This document shows positions 34,701-40,924 of a stretch of 64,000 bases of DNA, piece by piece (within the stretch, counting starts at the first letter, position 1; each line of letters begins with the position of its first letter). A program made the position numbers and the translations under genes. Source of the stretch: Candidatus Enterousia sp. (GTDB taxonomy: Bacteria > Pseudomonadota > Alphaproteobacteria > Rs-D84); the NCBI GenBank assembly GCA_045612805.1, contig JAZKZR010000010.1, forward strand, positions 195,136-259,135, read 5' to 3'. The notes beneath the pieces are model-generated. The model was not told the DNA's origin, made no database searches, and saw only the letters and a list, made by a program, of their open reading frames with translations.

Positions 34701-37700
34701 CATATCCGCTTGGTAAACAATATAGTGGCAGTGATGATTGCGTATATGATGGAACCGCGCCTGCTTGCGAACCGTTCACAATCATGTGCAAACCTGATTA
34801 TACGCCAGATTACTATCTTAGCACGGATACCGGAACACATTGTACAAAATTGGATCAATATGAAATTACATTGGATCAGAATGGTGGTACGGGTGGACAA
34901 GATAAAATCTATACGATTTATAATACCGGCGTATACCGTGACGCAGGACGGATTTATAGTATGACACAATACCCATTGTTAAATTTGCCATCAAAGTCCG
35001 TTAACGTAACATTTAATTCTTGTGATAATAATGATCCAAATTGTGAAGGTGCAACTGTTTGGGAAAGACCGGTTGATCTGGAGTTCAAAGGATATTATCA
35101 AACTGCATCGAACAATTCGCAATACATATATGCAACTGGATTAATCACATCAACAGGTCTGGCCGAAGGTAAGTCATATACGGACAATAATCAAACTTGG
35201 TACGCTCAATGGAATTCTGGTACAGTTGACTCCGATAAATGGCCTTTGCCGCCAACACGTCCGAGTGCGTGCGCAACATACAGTTTCCATGATTGGTATA
35301 CCGAAATAAATGGTGGGACACCGGTTTCGTATAACACACAGGTATCCGAAGATGTGACATGGTACGCCCATTGGTGCGAAAGTTGCCCGACCAGGGCAAT
35401 AGACCACGGTTCGTGCACTGCGCAAAATTGCAAGGCCGAATTTAAGTGTGACGACGGGTACGATTGGAATTCGGGTAGTTGCACTTGCACCCCAACAACC
35501 GGATTGACCCTAACATATCAACCAAATGGTGGCGTTGCGCGCAACGGTGTTGAACTTGTGCAACAAATGACATTTGAACAATCATTTACAACACTTGGCG
35601 GAAATGATATTACCATGGCGGGCAATATAAATTGTAAATGGGATACGGTATCTGGTGGTCAATTCCCATTATTAGATCACGAATATACCTATAATCAAAA
35701 TGGTAATACCGTGTTAAAAGCCCATTGGGCAGCATGCACGTGCGAGGCGGGCAATGGTGTTCAATCTTGTTCCACAAACGTTATAGATAATACCTGTGTT
35801 CCAACCGTTACGTGTCAGGGCGGATATATCCCCGTTACACCATACGGAATCAGTGAGGAATGTGGTAATAAGGTCACTGTTAGCTGCACTAAATGCCCGG
35901 CCGGAACATATCAAAATGGTAACCAATGTTCACCATGCGATGGAAACACTGTGTCCGCGGCGGGCGCAACCCAGTGCGAACCGTGTGACCCCGGTTATAC
36001 CGCCAATGCGGAACATACACAATGCGTGGGTAACCCGATCACAATCAATTGGGATGAAAACGGCGGAAATGCAATACCTGATGGTTCTTGTGTATATGGT
36101 CAAACGTTTACGTTGGCGAATGCACCGGAGCACAGCAACAGGGCTATGCAATTCCTTGGGTGGAAATTGTTTACGGGTGATAGTACTTATCCGGCCGGGA
36201 CAAACGTAATGTGTACATATGACAATGTCGGTGTTTACAGTGAAACAAGTACCAAAATCCAGGCACAATGGAACGAATGCCAGTGTTCGGATCAATTGAA
36301 TCCGCATGTGGCGTGGTGTCAGGCATGGTTTGCAGACGGCGAATGTAAGTATATGAATGGATGTGATGCCGGATACGAACCTGATCCGTTAACGGTGTAT
36401 ACCCCGGCTGCGGTATGTAAACCGAAAAATTACAATATAACATATAACTGTGGTGATGGAATTGGCATCCCAGAATATCTGACAGACAGTGCCACATTCA
36501 ATGAAAATTATACTGTAAAGGGACGTGGCACCTGTCAAATGACTGGGTTCAACTTTGCGGGTTGGAAACTCAGTGCTAACAGCCAAACTTATCAACCAGG
36601 ATATAGGTTTGAACCGTGGAATTTCACACAACAAAATCCAACCTTTACCGCACAATATAGTCAATGCGCGGCTGGCGAGGTATGGGTAGATGGCGCATGC
36701 GAACCATGTACTTGCTCACAGGATAATTGGAGTTCTGGTGTCGCATCATGTACGGCAAGTCCATCGTCGATTAGCACCTGTTCTGCGGTTGTCACATGTG
36801 AAACAGGTTATAATAATCCGCAAGGGAATTGCGATGGTGCGACATGTTCGGCCCAGTGTGACCAGATTCAATCCAATGCCATTTATGAATGTGGAATTGG
36901 TGCAACGGGAACACCGCCGGCCACGGAAACGATGAACTATGGTGCGACACACACGGTCAAAGGCCAGACAAGTTGTGCCAAATCGGGTTATACCTTTAAC
37001 GGTTGGAATTTTACTGGGACAAATAAAAATTATAACCCCGGCGCAACGGTCCAATGGAATTATGGAACGGATCAAACCTTTACGGGGAATTGGTGCGAAA
37101 ATTGCGGCAATGTTGCAAACGGAACTTGTTCACTGAATGCAACCTTCGCTGGTTCTTGTTCGTATGATTGTTCTTGTGAACCTGGATATAGACTGGTTGG
37201 TGGTGTATGTACCGCGCACCCGGTATGCGAACCTGATGATTCATTAACAATCACATATCAGCCAAATGGTGGTATGAATAATGGCGTCCTTGGGCAACCG
37301 GTGATACAAAATGTCACATATGGTGCCGGGTTTATAACCAAACCGGGAACCATATTTACCAAGGAAAACAGTATTATCACCGCATGGGATCATGTCGAAG
37401 GTGGCAATTATCCAGAATTGAATCGTTGGTATGTGTATGATACCGATATTGACACCATATTGAGTGCACATTGGGAACAGTGCACATGCACTGCGGGCAA
37501 CGGCGTGTCATCTTGTACAACAAGTTCTACAAGTGAAAATGCTTGCGCTTGTGCTGGTGAATGTGCTGCTCGTTACATAAACGGCGGTTGTAGTTGCAAC
37601 GGAACAAGTACCTGCACGCAAACTTGTACGGAATGTCCGGCCGGGTACATATCAAATGCAGATCAAACAGAATGTGTTATTTGTCCAGAAAACACGTATC

Positions 37701-40069
37701 AATCGGGCAATACTTGTGAACAGTGTCCAACTGGTTACACATCGCCGGCGGGTTCAACGTCGGTTGAAGATTGTTATAATAATCCGATATCATATACGGT
37801 GCATTATTCTTCAAACAATGGTTTGGATCAGACGGAAACTCAACCTGTTGTGTATGGGACAACGTTTACAACCCTTGGCGGAACGACATTCACGTATGAT
37901 AACCACATTATGACCCGTTGGAATAAAATAAGTGGTGGTGACTATACAGAATTGTCGCACCCATACGAATATGGTGTCCAAGAAGATACGTTCCTAAAGG
38001 CACAATGGGCAGAGTGTACATGTGCTACGGGCAATGGTGTGTCGTCTTGTACAACAAGTTCTACAAGTGAAAATGCTTGCGCTTGCACGGGCGAATGCGC
38101 CGCGGGTTATGTAAAGGGTGAGTGTTCTTGCTCTGGAAATACATGCACGCAATCTTGCACAAAGTGCGCGGATAATCAGGTTGAAATAAACGGTGTTTGT
38201 GTTGATTGCTCTTGTTCGGCCGATGGTGATGGGGTTGTTTCGGGATGCGGATTTGTATCAAACGAAAATAACGTTTGCCATTGGGGTCCAACAACTTGCG
38301 GTACAGGATACGGTAATCCTGGGGATCTTAGCTGCGATGATTCTGTACATAATAATAACTGTAGAGCAATATGCAGCCAGATTCAGTCCAATGCAATCTA
38401 TGAATGTGGGACTGGAATGGGTATTCCACCGGTTAGTGAACTTGTTGATTATGGCACACAGTATATCATCAAGGCCAATGCCGCGGTTTATGGGTGCCAT
38501 CGTGACAATTCCAGATTTGCGGGTTGGGAATTCGACGGAACCCAGAAACCATACTGGCCGGGCGATACGGTTACATGGAATTATACAGAAGATAGGCACT
38601 TCCGCGCGGTGTATTGCAATGAGTGCTTGACGGGCGATCATTGTACTTTGGACATACCTAATCCTGGTGAATGTGTGGTGACCTGTCATACAGGATATGA
38701 ATGGGATGCCAACCTGAAAAAGTGCGTGGCGAAAACATATGAAAACGGTATCACATACAAACCAAATGGTGGAACGCCAAATCAGAATTATACGCAATCT
38801 GTGATATATGATGCACCGTTCACAACGCTTGATTGGAACACGGAACATTATACCAAGGCGCACCATATCTTAAAACGTTGGGATGTTGAATCCGGTGGTG
38901 CGGGAACATTTAATGGTGGTTATGCCGCCCTTGGTACGGAATACACATATCATACGGACGGCGCAACATCGTTGTTGGCTGAATGGATAGAATGTGGTAT
39001 CAATGAAATATCATTGGATAATCAGTGTCAACAGTGCCGTTGTACCGATAATAACGCAGGTGTGACATCTTGTGAAACAAGTGCCACGAATAATGACACT
39101 TGCAGTTGTTCGGGCGAATGTGCCGCGGGGTACATAAACGCCGGTTGCAATTGCAACGGAACCAACTGCACACAATCTTGTACAAAGTGCGCAGATAACC
39201 AAGTTTCGGTAAACAATGCTTGTGAAAATTGCGTGTGCGAGAAAAACATTGATGGCATAGAGGGCATCATTTCAGGTTGCGGATTTGTGTCAAACAATGG
39301 CAATACATGTAACTGGGATCCGACAACTTGCAGATTGGGGTATGGTTATCCGGATTTGACCTGTACGGAAACCGAACATAACAATAATTGCACCGCATCG
39401 TGCACGATATGCCCGGCCGGCACATATGGCGATAATGGCATTGAATGCAAACTGTGTCCAGAAGGCAAAACATCTTTGGCCGGCGCAACATCAATAAGGG
39501 AATGCTTTATTGATCCAAACAGTTGCGCGCCGGATGAACACATCGAACACGGCGAATGTGTAAGCAATAAGCGTGCATGTTCTATACCAGATGCAACCAG
39601 TGCGGTTCGTATATGGAATCCGGCAATCGGAACATACGGCCCATGCACGGTTGAGGTTGATGGCTGTAATTCGGGTTATCATGTTTCCGGCAACGCGTGT
39701 GTCCGGGATACCTGCACCGTTGCACACGGCAGTGCCGAAAGCGAATATAGCGGTGGCCGATGGGAATGCTTTGTGACAAAGTGTGATCCGGGTTATGAAC
39801 CAAGTTCGGATTACAAGTCCTGTGTTGAATGTGCGAATCGTTATGTTGATGGCGATGTCGCGGTCAGCAGTTATGTATCCGAATGCGAAATCGCCGCATG
39901 TATGTACCAGGGTCAAAAGTATGCGTTGCAAAATGGCGAATGCGTCCCGATTTGTACCGCGGATAGGTTTACCCGTGAAGATCCGAGCAATCCAACTGGT
40001 ACAATACAATGGGATGAACGCACCAAGAAATGTATCCGAACCTGTAACCCGGGATACAAGATGTGGTAA
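19703..40069 (+). CDS. Giant (6788 aa) secreted Cys-rich mosaic protein: about 40 Listeria-Bacteroides (Flg_new/InlB B-repeat-like) units, ephrin-receptor-like (GCC2_GCC3-type) units and EGF-like Cys knots. Putative adhesin or surface fibril
   Basis: Single open frame of 20367 nt with the ribosome-binding site AGGGAGA. Signal peptide MKKFAKILGFLGFFVTVATVQIGTAWA. Recurring ...GYTFxGW...(T/L)(W/L/F)YAQ(W/Y) units. Motifs such as CPAGTYQNGNQCSPCDGNTVSAAGATQCEPC. Several hundred Cys. No LPXTG, RTX, autotransporter barrel or T9SS C-terminal domain is recognisable. Confidence 0.9.
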   Translation: MKKFAKILGFLGFFVTVATVQIGTAWADGQYCGYGYDGYYGLGREQSDCYKCAEDFNNYPNSTGGYNFSGNLCYSACSGTCIDANSSFQNGGTYGIPATSTFFVSRLNNGTQNSLLNISGLTCNNIGNYCAEVFDCGKNACSANWKTINFVDHNNTPLGTLYIVYGMIWSTQQTTQCDDCAGNSLNYAVFYPVFQTPTAPTREGYTFLGYSDSQTGGIIRIGPDHSNMYGKLNYNNATSISGISGNTITLYARYENAGCAQNYWYNSQTDECIPCAEGFTSPGGYGNQHTCTKSCSETCTQRHNSTDECAEGVTGFYSPIVPITGKEYEDDQGHCYDNNNIEILAPDNDLTEAHWCQWNCDGCKDEQCYTFVEGACEPKIWNAMYDCDDGTNVITDTNYPESYGNYIIADFSCQGQNGQTFIGWTLGSGGIVYNHDDPEHDELTWGCGHQTFKPVFEDTCYEVSFNDETNGGHPNNQNGTHGPFYKKYNDTQYNWYTNSKCTEKVNGGNPSVANNLPWKEHATFTGYYDETQNPDLKIFAGDNDTPQGGLTNDGTSWTIDGNTVLYAQYTCVEGYTPDANGDCVGDKIDVKYTCVSPVDGDEPEQHTFNDDATYGTAYPVKYVGTGSNHNVQCAFTGYELDTDYVWKLQDYSGNPDNPNGEYGPGADAGNTLLSTDWQYITTTPLTEIEFILDKSLWHLKTYNVEYRCGEIKPDADVYTDSSATYGQTYNVAGQFDPIGGNAVTVQDFLDNNCKPNGGFGAWTFQNWTFTCDGADSGPYDTNDPTFGPWTYDSNNCYFTANWAQTDFVIILDQNGGTDGNPSDYLYTRKNIGVYLDSARTLKMLPDHESNANPLTPPQKTINITIYPDSTHDGTGASFTYNGTIYGYNGANNYANIDENLDFMGYYQNILSNPEKYIDPYEGKGYITGEGIAAGKTYDENYTVPQRTWVAHWGTYELTLPSTATWNGHDFDGWECVDDEDTVVYSCGTNQSCQVTVSENITCTAQWSVACRNVLFDDTTNGEPSSPTNGGNSGRFSKVAGQAGWYQGTECAGNSYTPSVADRIPTKTNGHFIGYNTAVDGTGNEIFDEFGVVTTYGNQTWAPVDTPTLYAQYECDAPYHLDTNPNSETAGQCVACAPGTFYDPNEANPAKQCKNCNQYISDNGVAGAGAYTWTSRPPYNWSIKQCYRTCGSGVGIQETCAEVPTVSGHNEMEQFLGDCEGCTPTGKQISFYGNEFATDPNNRVNTCDANVGAINCPQGFLAGGASGANKLMAAAVDFYEDRDLNGTYEPNGKRYIVGRRIATNDVYKLDTGFVWSQVVGDAQLEGNTEGNPGTISIIYPATLAPTVADPEHHTFAGYGYPEDAPSSQVFVDNNYSLTSGSNGNASSIISFANDHSYTNMSPIIGNSSYTRNLYAQYTAADSYTLTYLCNGVETPSTDHQVTGLYVGTQFNLITPDWCTGCYEFTGWWDGSQTITPDQFTNFTWIYNSDKTFIARCAESKDKFIIYNKIPVDDVNEDGTTNNGNTYVPAEDGTPTTFTCGSEITSITGHPQLKNSDNVVIGTVIEWCTDSDLEECDSPLELQNSNCNDKNVYAKWECTDPRYHLNENKDDCVACNAGEYWDATTQKCESCSEATGGNFPYSTPGFNWSVDQCYNYCNTNLTCDDASLNGIYDGEYANCQFTKIDNTNKQIEFYGNHRTSVTACNGTDTVRYCAYGFAGCGTPNALIKPVTVQVDFKKTTNDTVGQRYIFGSRSGNGNNIDVNPSTAKIWSQIVGQGQQEQVSGGNYSYTHIIYPTYTAPAANQIGQDFTGYYYPENDGTRYVEYDLGLDATNAQSVLQDQSGSISAPRSLFAKYCSNGQEWNGSACIGTDYTVKYICGAHGTAPGEMTNTATSGQSYMVAALEGGATATCTANTDTGYVLKMNNNKPVWKFNGNDREYFTGEVINQWNFTIQSPTFTAQYDCAAGYTWNTDGTACVSISDIACPAELSENSHASLVGEPSINGDGKCVYTIQCDLCQTSGVYGCYTHDPISNGQFTITDDQYDADALEGVSCTPADFCVTLDSNGGNGGIGTLCETYGEGWHKSGSEGFIDSLESSDLPTWLNNSQVFAGYWTLQNGGNMEIDPEGAIVANNTILEDNNQTWYAHWGDGTGYTVTFECDGDTQWTETLLVYPTQDIEVPQTQCLRTGYTFTNWVDTPHSVTIPANNQTFNWTGEFNSVLTPDWTANTYSVTYKCGEDDTGVTDPTAAEFDHDYYVQPHNDNIVRCAEPEGKVFVKWSLNTTPDATLIAEDQNTTWTYDISNPTFTAQWTDGCYEVTFNNDRHGGQPIISTLKFYKQGTRWYANTEAKCDGDSISPSVAGMLPTKEHASFIGYDDEDGTDQRIFDGNGYPTYAASSWTITRATVLYAQYDCDAGYTLSGTTCVLDSSNFHTITLDKNAGEFYGVASNPNVLYTIEGTAQAYTDEGHNDPFYSLNENGFPRKYAKVTFHYCDGTNNSCGNPSTPDETKDADFTFNGFYATTSATGDLYIAQNGYITGYGNIAAGAATSNETWYAAWNGYGTLDTSRWPVPAQIPNGYAFGGWYTEPKCEGTLMSSSTQFTTPDTDLYACWSQNVFTVTYNCGIGTGSAQPDTQNHPTTGSNYTVLPNGTANGGVVDCNYTGQGFAGWKFSENTGVNTYNAGDTITWQAGYGNETLTAQYRRCETNEVLVNGVCYPTCSDTTCTEPTSQNSQSHCPTDRIPPYPHDEVECSYSWDNISGYLDGGVCKYANGDNQGQPINTGVCQESVACNDSAYIWNSDPNVWDCVPNTSITYNVQFKCNETDIAPISDYSFSVSYGESITVPSDSACQRTGHSYSQWKATQYNNPATLPAQGTTYQYPWEQTHGETFIADWTNNQYRMTLNANGGTHNGSDPVTELLEVFGQYFYKNSDMSSPIEYFTTNQLPTNGTQHFAGYMTDGEESRTMYNPISGNWRLVQPNIAANETWYAKWSVCNPGQYYSDGQCNDCPTSHPNSDPTTATSMNDCYYNCVTCTQYCPDDEEGVNDCYDYSSAGLPQNGHANYPGNTCVANPGQEQNCNYKVSCESGYHPTEDQKHCIGDTYTITLNSHRETSGYGQYYGNDSSPANLLARHGENGGVWYDANNQMVVGDALTSNPSKYANVTLNGNGGEIYWNNSWTEHNVSTTAAFEFQGFFRNQTGADNPYINNYGKLTTDGESAARTYIGNQTWHAQWTHACITLPNAQRTGYNFTGWVFGSAIGGTFAGNAGSTVCSNNGMPQMADITITATWDNGANYSILYDDNTRPLHLGLNANTICSPTSYQYGQGASIGCNLSSYASLDTHVVFKGWCLDATTNNCYDTTPTYYTIPNNATGNYTFYAWWECERGYDLSNGVCVPNASELCPAQLPSNSHATLATDVTPNPSINQNGDCVYTVQCNSCINENSAYDCYVYSSGNINSINTNGRFTITGAQGTAGQNVLNNVRCEPATYTAVYRCGDGTPTSPYYDTDHIITYNGSYTVLPNGSDGVVTCSKDGEMFNHWTFNLNSGIQYIGGESINPWRYHGSTVPTFMAQYGQCPEDEVIVDGECKKECIVPCTWQNYPANPAPCPNPPYPAGTTCHYIAGTNPAYGYRPNPSSRLCLDIDTGEQVEAQTCNVDPTQDPTCPPHYHWNSGTFSCDPDVYTVTLDPNRESYQNNTIVPGSNNVNELKEKWEYGWSKDGGYQFATDSLILNTNTEVPYWTDGTKVFDGYWTTPSGGYRMVQANGSVSQNGYQLLPATTITSDTTWYARYVDNPGPFTVTFRCDQDGAILNTQNPSFGDYIDVLAAPQSACTNHPGETFNQWRIVANGMLIPDWYNGTSGMYPWQLHEGSQIVPDWRPVYKVTLDKGATDAVNGNVTSLWDAVGIGWYTNSGLTNGVDSLSDSDLPTRSNYTFAGYVDSVSGNQRGQFGSNNTWVLPETTDLTSNETWRAEWSRCPDYNYYENNQCKECDSNYHQNPHPVTHEDCYTNCQGYCQTSGCTTGQNHVIGCDYISESYTGFIHWPNPINGQCPNSNGVVPSCDYCVRCEDGWVQDPNNCKQCIEDAHFIVTLNPHLVNNTQGSYSSPRALYTWHGKGVYLYEDYSQYLMNGNQNPLVSNPQTYATVTFNLNGDGAWLDWENQRYTDPVDIDVPLTYLGFYKSETDSDMVINTNRYIEPAGTQAGKTATANLEWHAHWQPRQIGTVTGSQLPQPSRPGFNFVGWFNTSASNGGTQIYATTAAAQNMTVYARWEKAKYFVNLDKNGGQWGSDPVYKLWELYGTGWSTEETGPFERDLVLGESERPSYVDNSKVFNGYWTARNNGTQQIRADGSVVDTTATVLTVNNTTWYAQYVDNTNKYTITFRCSENASPIRTYRVSGGESITVPAKSECPNPGYSFTKWMGNQGTNFNARDSEYTVIWESFSDADFVPNWNNGDVYHVTLLQNDADAPGEVQNLYEKYASWWALDQNNQYPMTSLSGDQLPTKTGYDFAGFKTRIGGYTRGDFDSESNVWVPQSNREITNDEEWVPKWTQCKPYWYYDNVQKICKECPAPYTNNEHPESLADCYDGRCELRCIESAIECPTDPNAIEFEYSNDVYSGTNYYQNHCVLDIWVQQGAQQEVIPSCECTIKTCKPGYHPVNGDCVEYVKTDIVLSPNGGAWASNVPYEYRYLYTIESTGVYRNSARTEEMTPDNNMPLHAIPSNGVSITLDANDGSVTWGGGTGEILNRNAAFEFLGFYNSQAPGFAAPYILPREINGETYAFITTGGQSAGMGYTTTPHTWYAQWNRSVTLPTPERQNYTFVGWTYNGELISNPWTVPGNTTNVTLIARWTKNNGTIVAYKCDDGDGGIGGTGYDTLHPAYFGENYNVLPNGIVNGGVVNCSKPANITLGRRYHEFEDWVFSDDYAHYDPGEINWTFNVDNPTFTANYEECPNGWYFDGSCKQCPTGYTSSDIDADSATKCYKTCDVPCTRPTSQCPMNEEGVLTCTYPNNTYPLGKQYSGSDDCVYDGTAPACEPFTIMCKPDYTPDYYLSTDTGTHCTKLDQYEITLDQNGGTGGQDKIYTIYNTGVYRDAGRIYSMTQYPLLNLPSKSVNVTFNSCDNNDPNCEGATVWERPVDLEFKGYYQTASNNSQYIYATGLITSTGLAEGKSYTDNNQTWYAQWNSGTVDSDKWPLPPTRPSACATYSFHDWYTEINGGTPVSYNTQVSEDVTWYAHWCESCPTRAIDHGSCTAQNCKAEFKCDDGYDWNSGSCTCTPTTGLTLTYQPNGGVARNGVELVQQMTFEQSFTTLGGNDITMAGNINCKWDTVSGGQFPLLDHEYTYNQNGNTVLKAHWAACTCEAGNGVQSCSTNVIDNTCVPTVTCQGGYIPVTPYGISEECGNKVTVSCTKCPAGTYQNGNQCSPCDGNTVSAAGATQCEPCDPGYTANAEHTQCVGNPITINWDENGGNAIPDGSCVYGQTFTLANAPEHSNRAMQFLGWKLFTGDSTYPAGTNVMCTYDNVGVYSETSTKIQAQWNECQCSDQLNPHVAWCQAWFADGECKYMNGCDAGYEPDPLTVYTPAAVCKPKNYNITYNCGDGIGIPEYLTDSATFNENYTVKGRGTCQMTGFNFAGWKLSANSQTYQPGYRFEPWNFTQQNPTFTAQYSQCAAGEVWVDGACEPCTCSQDNWSSGVASCTASPSSISTCSAVVTCETGYNNPQGNCDGATCSAQCDQIQSNAIYECGIGATGTPPATETMNYGATHTVKGQTSCAKSGYTFNGWNFTGTNKNYNPGATVQWNYGTDQTFTGNWCENCGNVANGTCSLNATFAGSCSYDCSCEPGYRLVGGVCTAHPVCEPDDSLTITYQPNGGMNNGVLGQPVIQNVTYGAGFITKPGTIFTKENSIITAWDHVEGGNYPELNRWYVYDTDIDTILSAHWEQCTCTAGNGVSSCTTSSTSENACACAGECAARYINGGCSCNGTSTCTQTCTECPAGYISNADQTECVICPENTYQSGNTCEQCPTGYTSPAGSTSVEDCYNNPISYTVHYSSNNGLDQTETQPVVYGTTFTTLGGTTFTYDNHIMTRWNKISGGDYTELSHPYEYGVQEDTFLKAQWAECTCATGNGVSSCTTSSTSENACACTGECAAGYVKGECSCSGNTCTQSCTKCADNQVEINGVCVDCSCSADGDGVVSGCGFVSNENNVCHWGPTTCGTGYGNPGDLSCDDSVHNNNCRAICSQIQSNAIYECGTGMGIPPVSELVDYGTQYIIKANAAVYGCHRDNSRFAGWEFDGTQKPYWPGDTVTWNYTEDRHFRAVYCNECLTGDHCTLDIPNPGECVVTCHTGYEWDANLKKCVAKTYENGITYKPNGGTPNQNYTQSVIYDAPFTTLDWNTEHYTKAHHILKRWDVESGGAGTFNGGYAALGTEYTYHTDGATSLLAEWIECGINEISLDNQCQQCRCTDNNAGVTSCETSATNNDTCSCSGECAAGYINAGCNCNGTNCTQSCTKCADNQVSVNNACENCVCEKNIDGIEGIISGCGFVSNNGNTCNWDPTTCRLGYGYPDLTCTETEHNNNCTASCTICPAGTYGDNGIECKLCPEGKTSLAGATSIRECFIDPNSCAPDEHIEHGECVSNKRACSIPDATSAVRIWNPAIGTYGPCTVEVDGCNSGYHVSGNACVRDTCTVAHGSAESEYSGGRWECFVTKCDPGYEPSSDYKSCVECANRYVDGDVAVSSYVSECEIAACMYQGQKYALQNGECVPICTADRFTREDPSNPTGTIQWDERTKKCIRTCNPGYKMW
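23030..25260 (+). repeat. Internal duplication of a roughly 260-300-aa super-module within the giant gene
   Basis: YECDAPYHLDTNPNSETAGQCVACAPGTFYDP...LYAQYT (about 23030-23940) parallels ECTDPRYHLNENKDDCVACNAGEYWD...LFAKYC (about 24480-25260), with the same domain order. Confidence 0.6.
35500..39520 (+). repeat. C-terminal tandem array of roughly 180-aa modules (B-repeat unit plus a CTCxxGNGVSSCTTSSTSENACAC...TQSCTxC Cys-rich unit), with a 41-nt identical DNA tract shared between copies
   Basis: At least five modules. The stretch tcttgtacaacaagttctacaagtgaaaatgcttgcgcttg at about 37510 is identical to the one at about 38047. The corresponding protein segments are near-identical. Confidence 0.65.
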
Positions 40070-40081
40070 GGATTATAACGC

Positions 40082-40924
40082 ATGAGTGGGGGGAGAATTC
40101 AGTTAAAAAAATCAAACCAAACGCCCAAGAATGATATTTTTGGGCGTCTTGGTGATTTTTCTGTTCGTATAATTCAATCCATTTATAACAATTGTAAATT
40201 TGTGTGTCGTGTCTTTCGCGCAATGTATTATGTATTGCGTGGGCGTGGTGACATGCGGCGTGTTGATTTATGGGTTGAAATTGATGCCGCGGGTCTGCGC
40301 GCGATTCCAATTGTATGTTTGATAAGTTTTATGATTGGTTTAATCATCGCGTTTGTTGGACATATGCAATTGGCAATGTTCGGTGCGGAAATTTATGTCG
40401 CGGCATTGGTTGCAATTTCCATGGTGCGTATTGTCGGCGCAATTATGACAGGAATAATTATGGCCGGCCGCACGGGTGCATCATATGCCGCGGAAATTGG
40501 TTCAATGCGCGCGAACGATGAAATCGATGCACTTAAAACCATGGGAATTTCGCCGATGGAATTTTTGGTTTTGCCACGTGTAATCGCATTAACCATAACT
40601 ATGCCATTACTAACCATAATCGCGGATGCGGTCGCCATATTGGGTGGCATGTGTGTTGCAATATCAATTATGAATGTTTCAATTGCGGAATATTGGCAAA
40701 CGACACTAAATTGGATAAGTTTCAAGAATTTTGCGGTAGGTGTTTTTCATGGATGGATTTTCGGTTGGGTAATCGCGATAACCGGATGTGCGTGTGGATT
40801 GCGTGCCGAAAAAAATGCGGCCGGAATAGGGCGGGCGACAACGCGCGCGGTGGTTATGGCGATTGTTGGGTGCGTTGTTGCGACGGCGATACTAACACTT
40901 GTTTTTAATTGGTTTGGAATATAA
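40082..40924 (+). CDS. mlaE: Mla/MCE ABC transporter permease
   Basis: Polytopic permease with the MlaE-type loop ...AAEIGSMRANDEIDALKTMGISP. It starts 12 bp after the giant gene's stop. Confidence 0.8.
   Translation: MSGGRIQLKKSNQTPKNDIFGRLGDFSVRIIQSIYNNCKFVCRVFRAMYYVLRGRGDMRRVDLWVEIDAAGLRAIPIVCLISFMIGLIIAFVGHMQLAMFGAEIYVAALVAISMVRIVGAIMTGIIMAGRTGASYAAEIGSMRANDEIDALKTMGISPMEFLVLPRVIALTITMPLLTIIADAVAILGGMCVAISIMNVSIAEYWQTTLNWISFKNFAVGVFHGWIFGWVIAITGCACGLRAEKNAAGIGRATTRAVVMAIVGCVVATAILTLVFNWFGI

Noticed and set aside
35500-39520. CRISPR array or other non-coding tandem repeat
   Set aside because: The repeats are in-frame protein modules of about 540 bp with diverged sequence. No short direct repeat and spacer architecture and no cas genes were seen anywhere in the window.
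19703-40069. Dozens of 60-190-aa ORFs in other frames inside the giant gene (for example 20732-21298, 38258-38866, 39491-40009)
   Set aside because: All are embedded in the single continuous 6788-aa frame, which has a clear ribosome-binding site and signal peptide. They are shadow ORFs of repetitive coding DNA.
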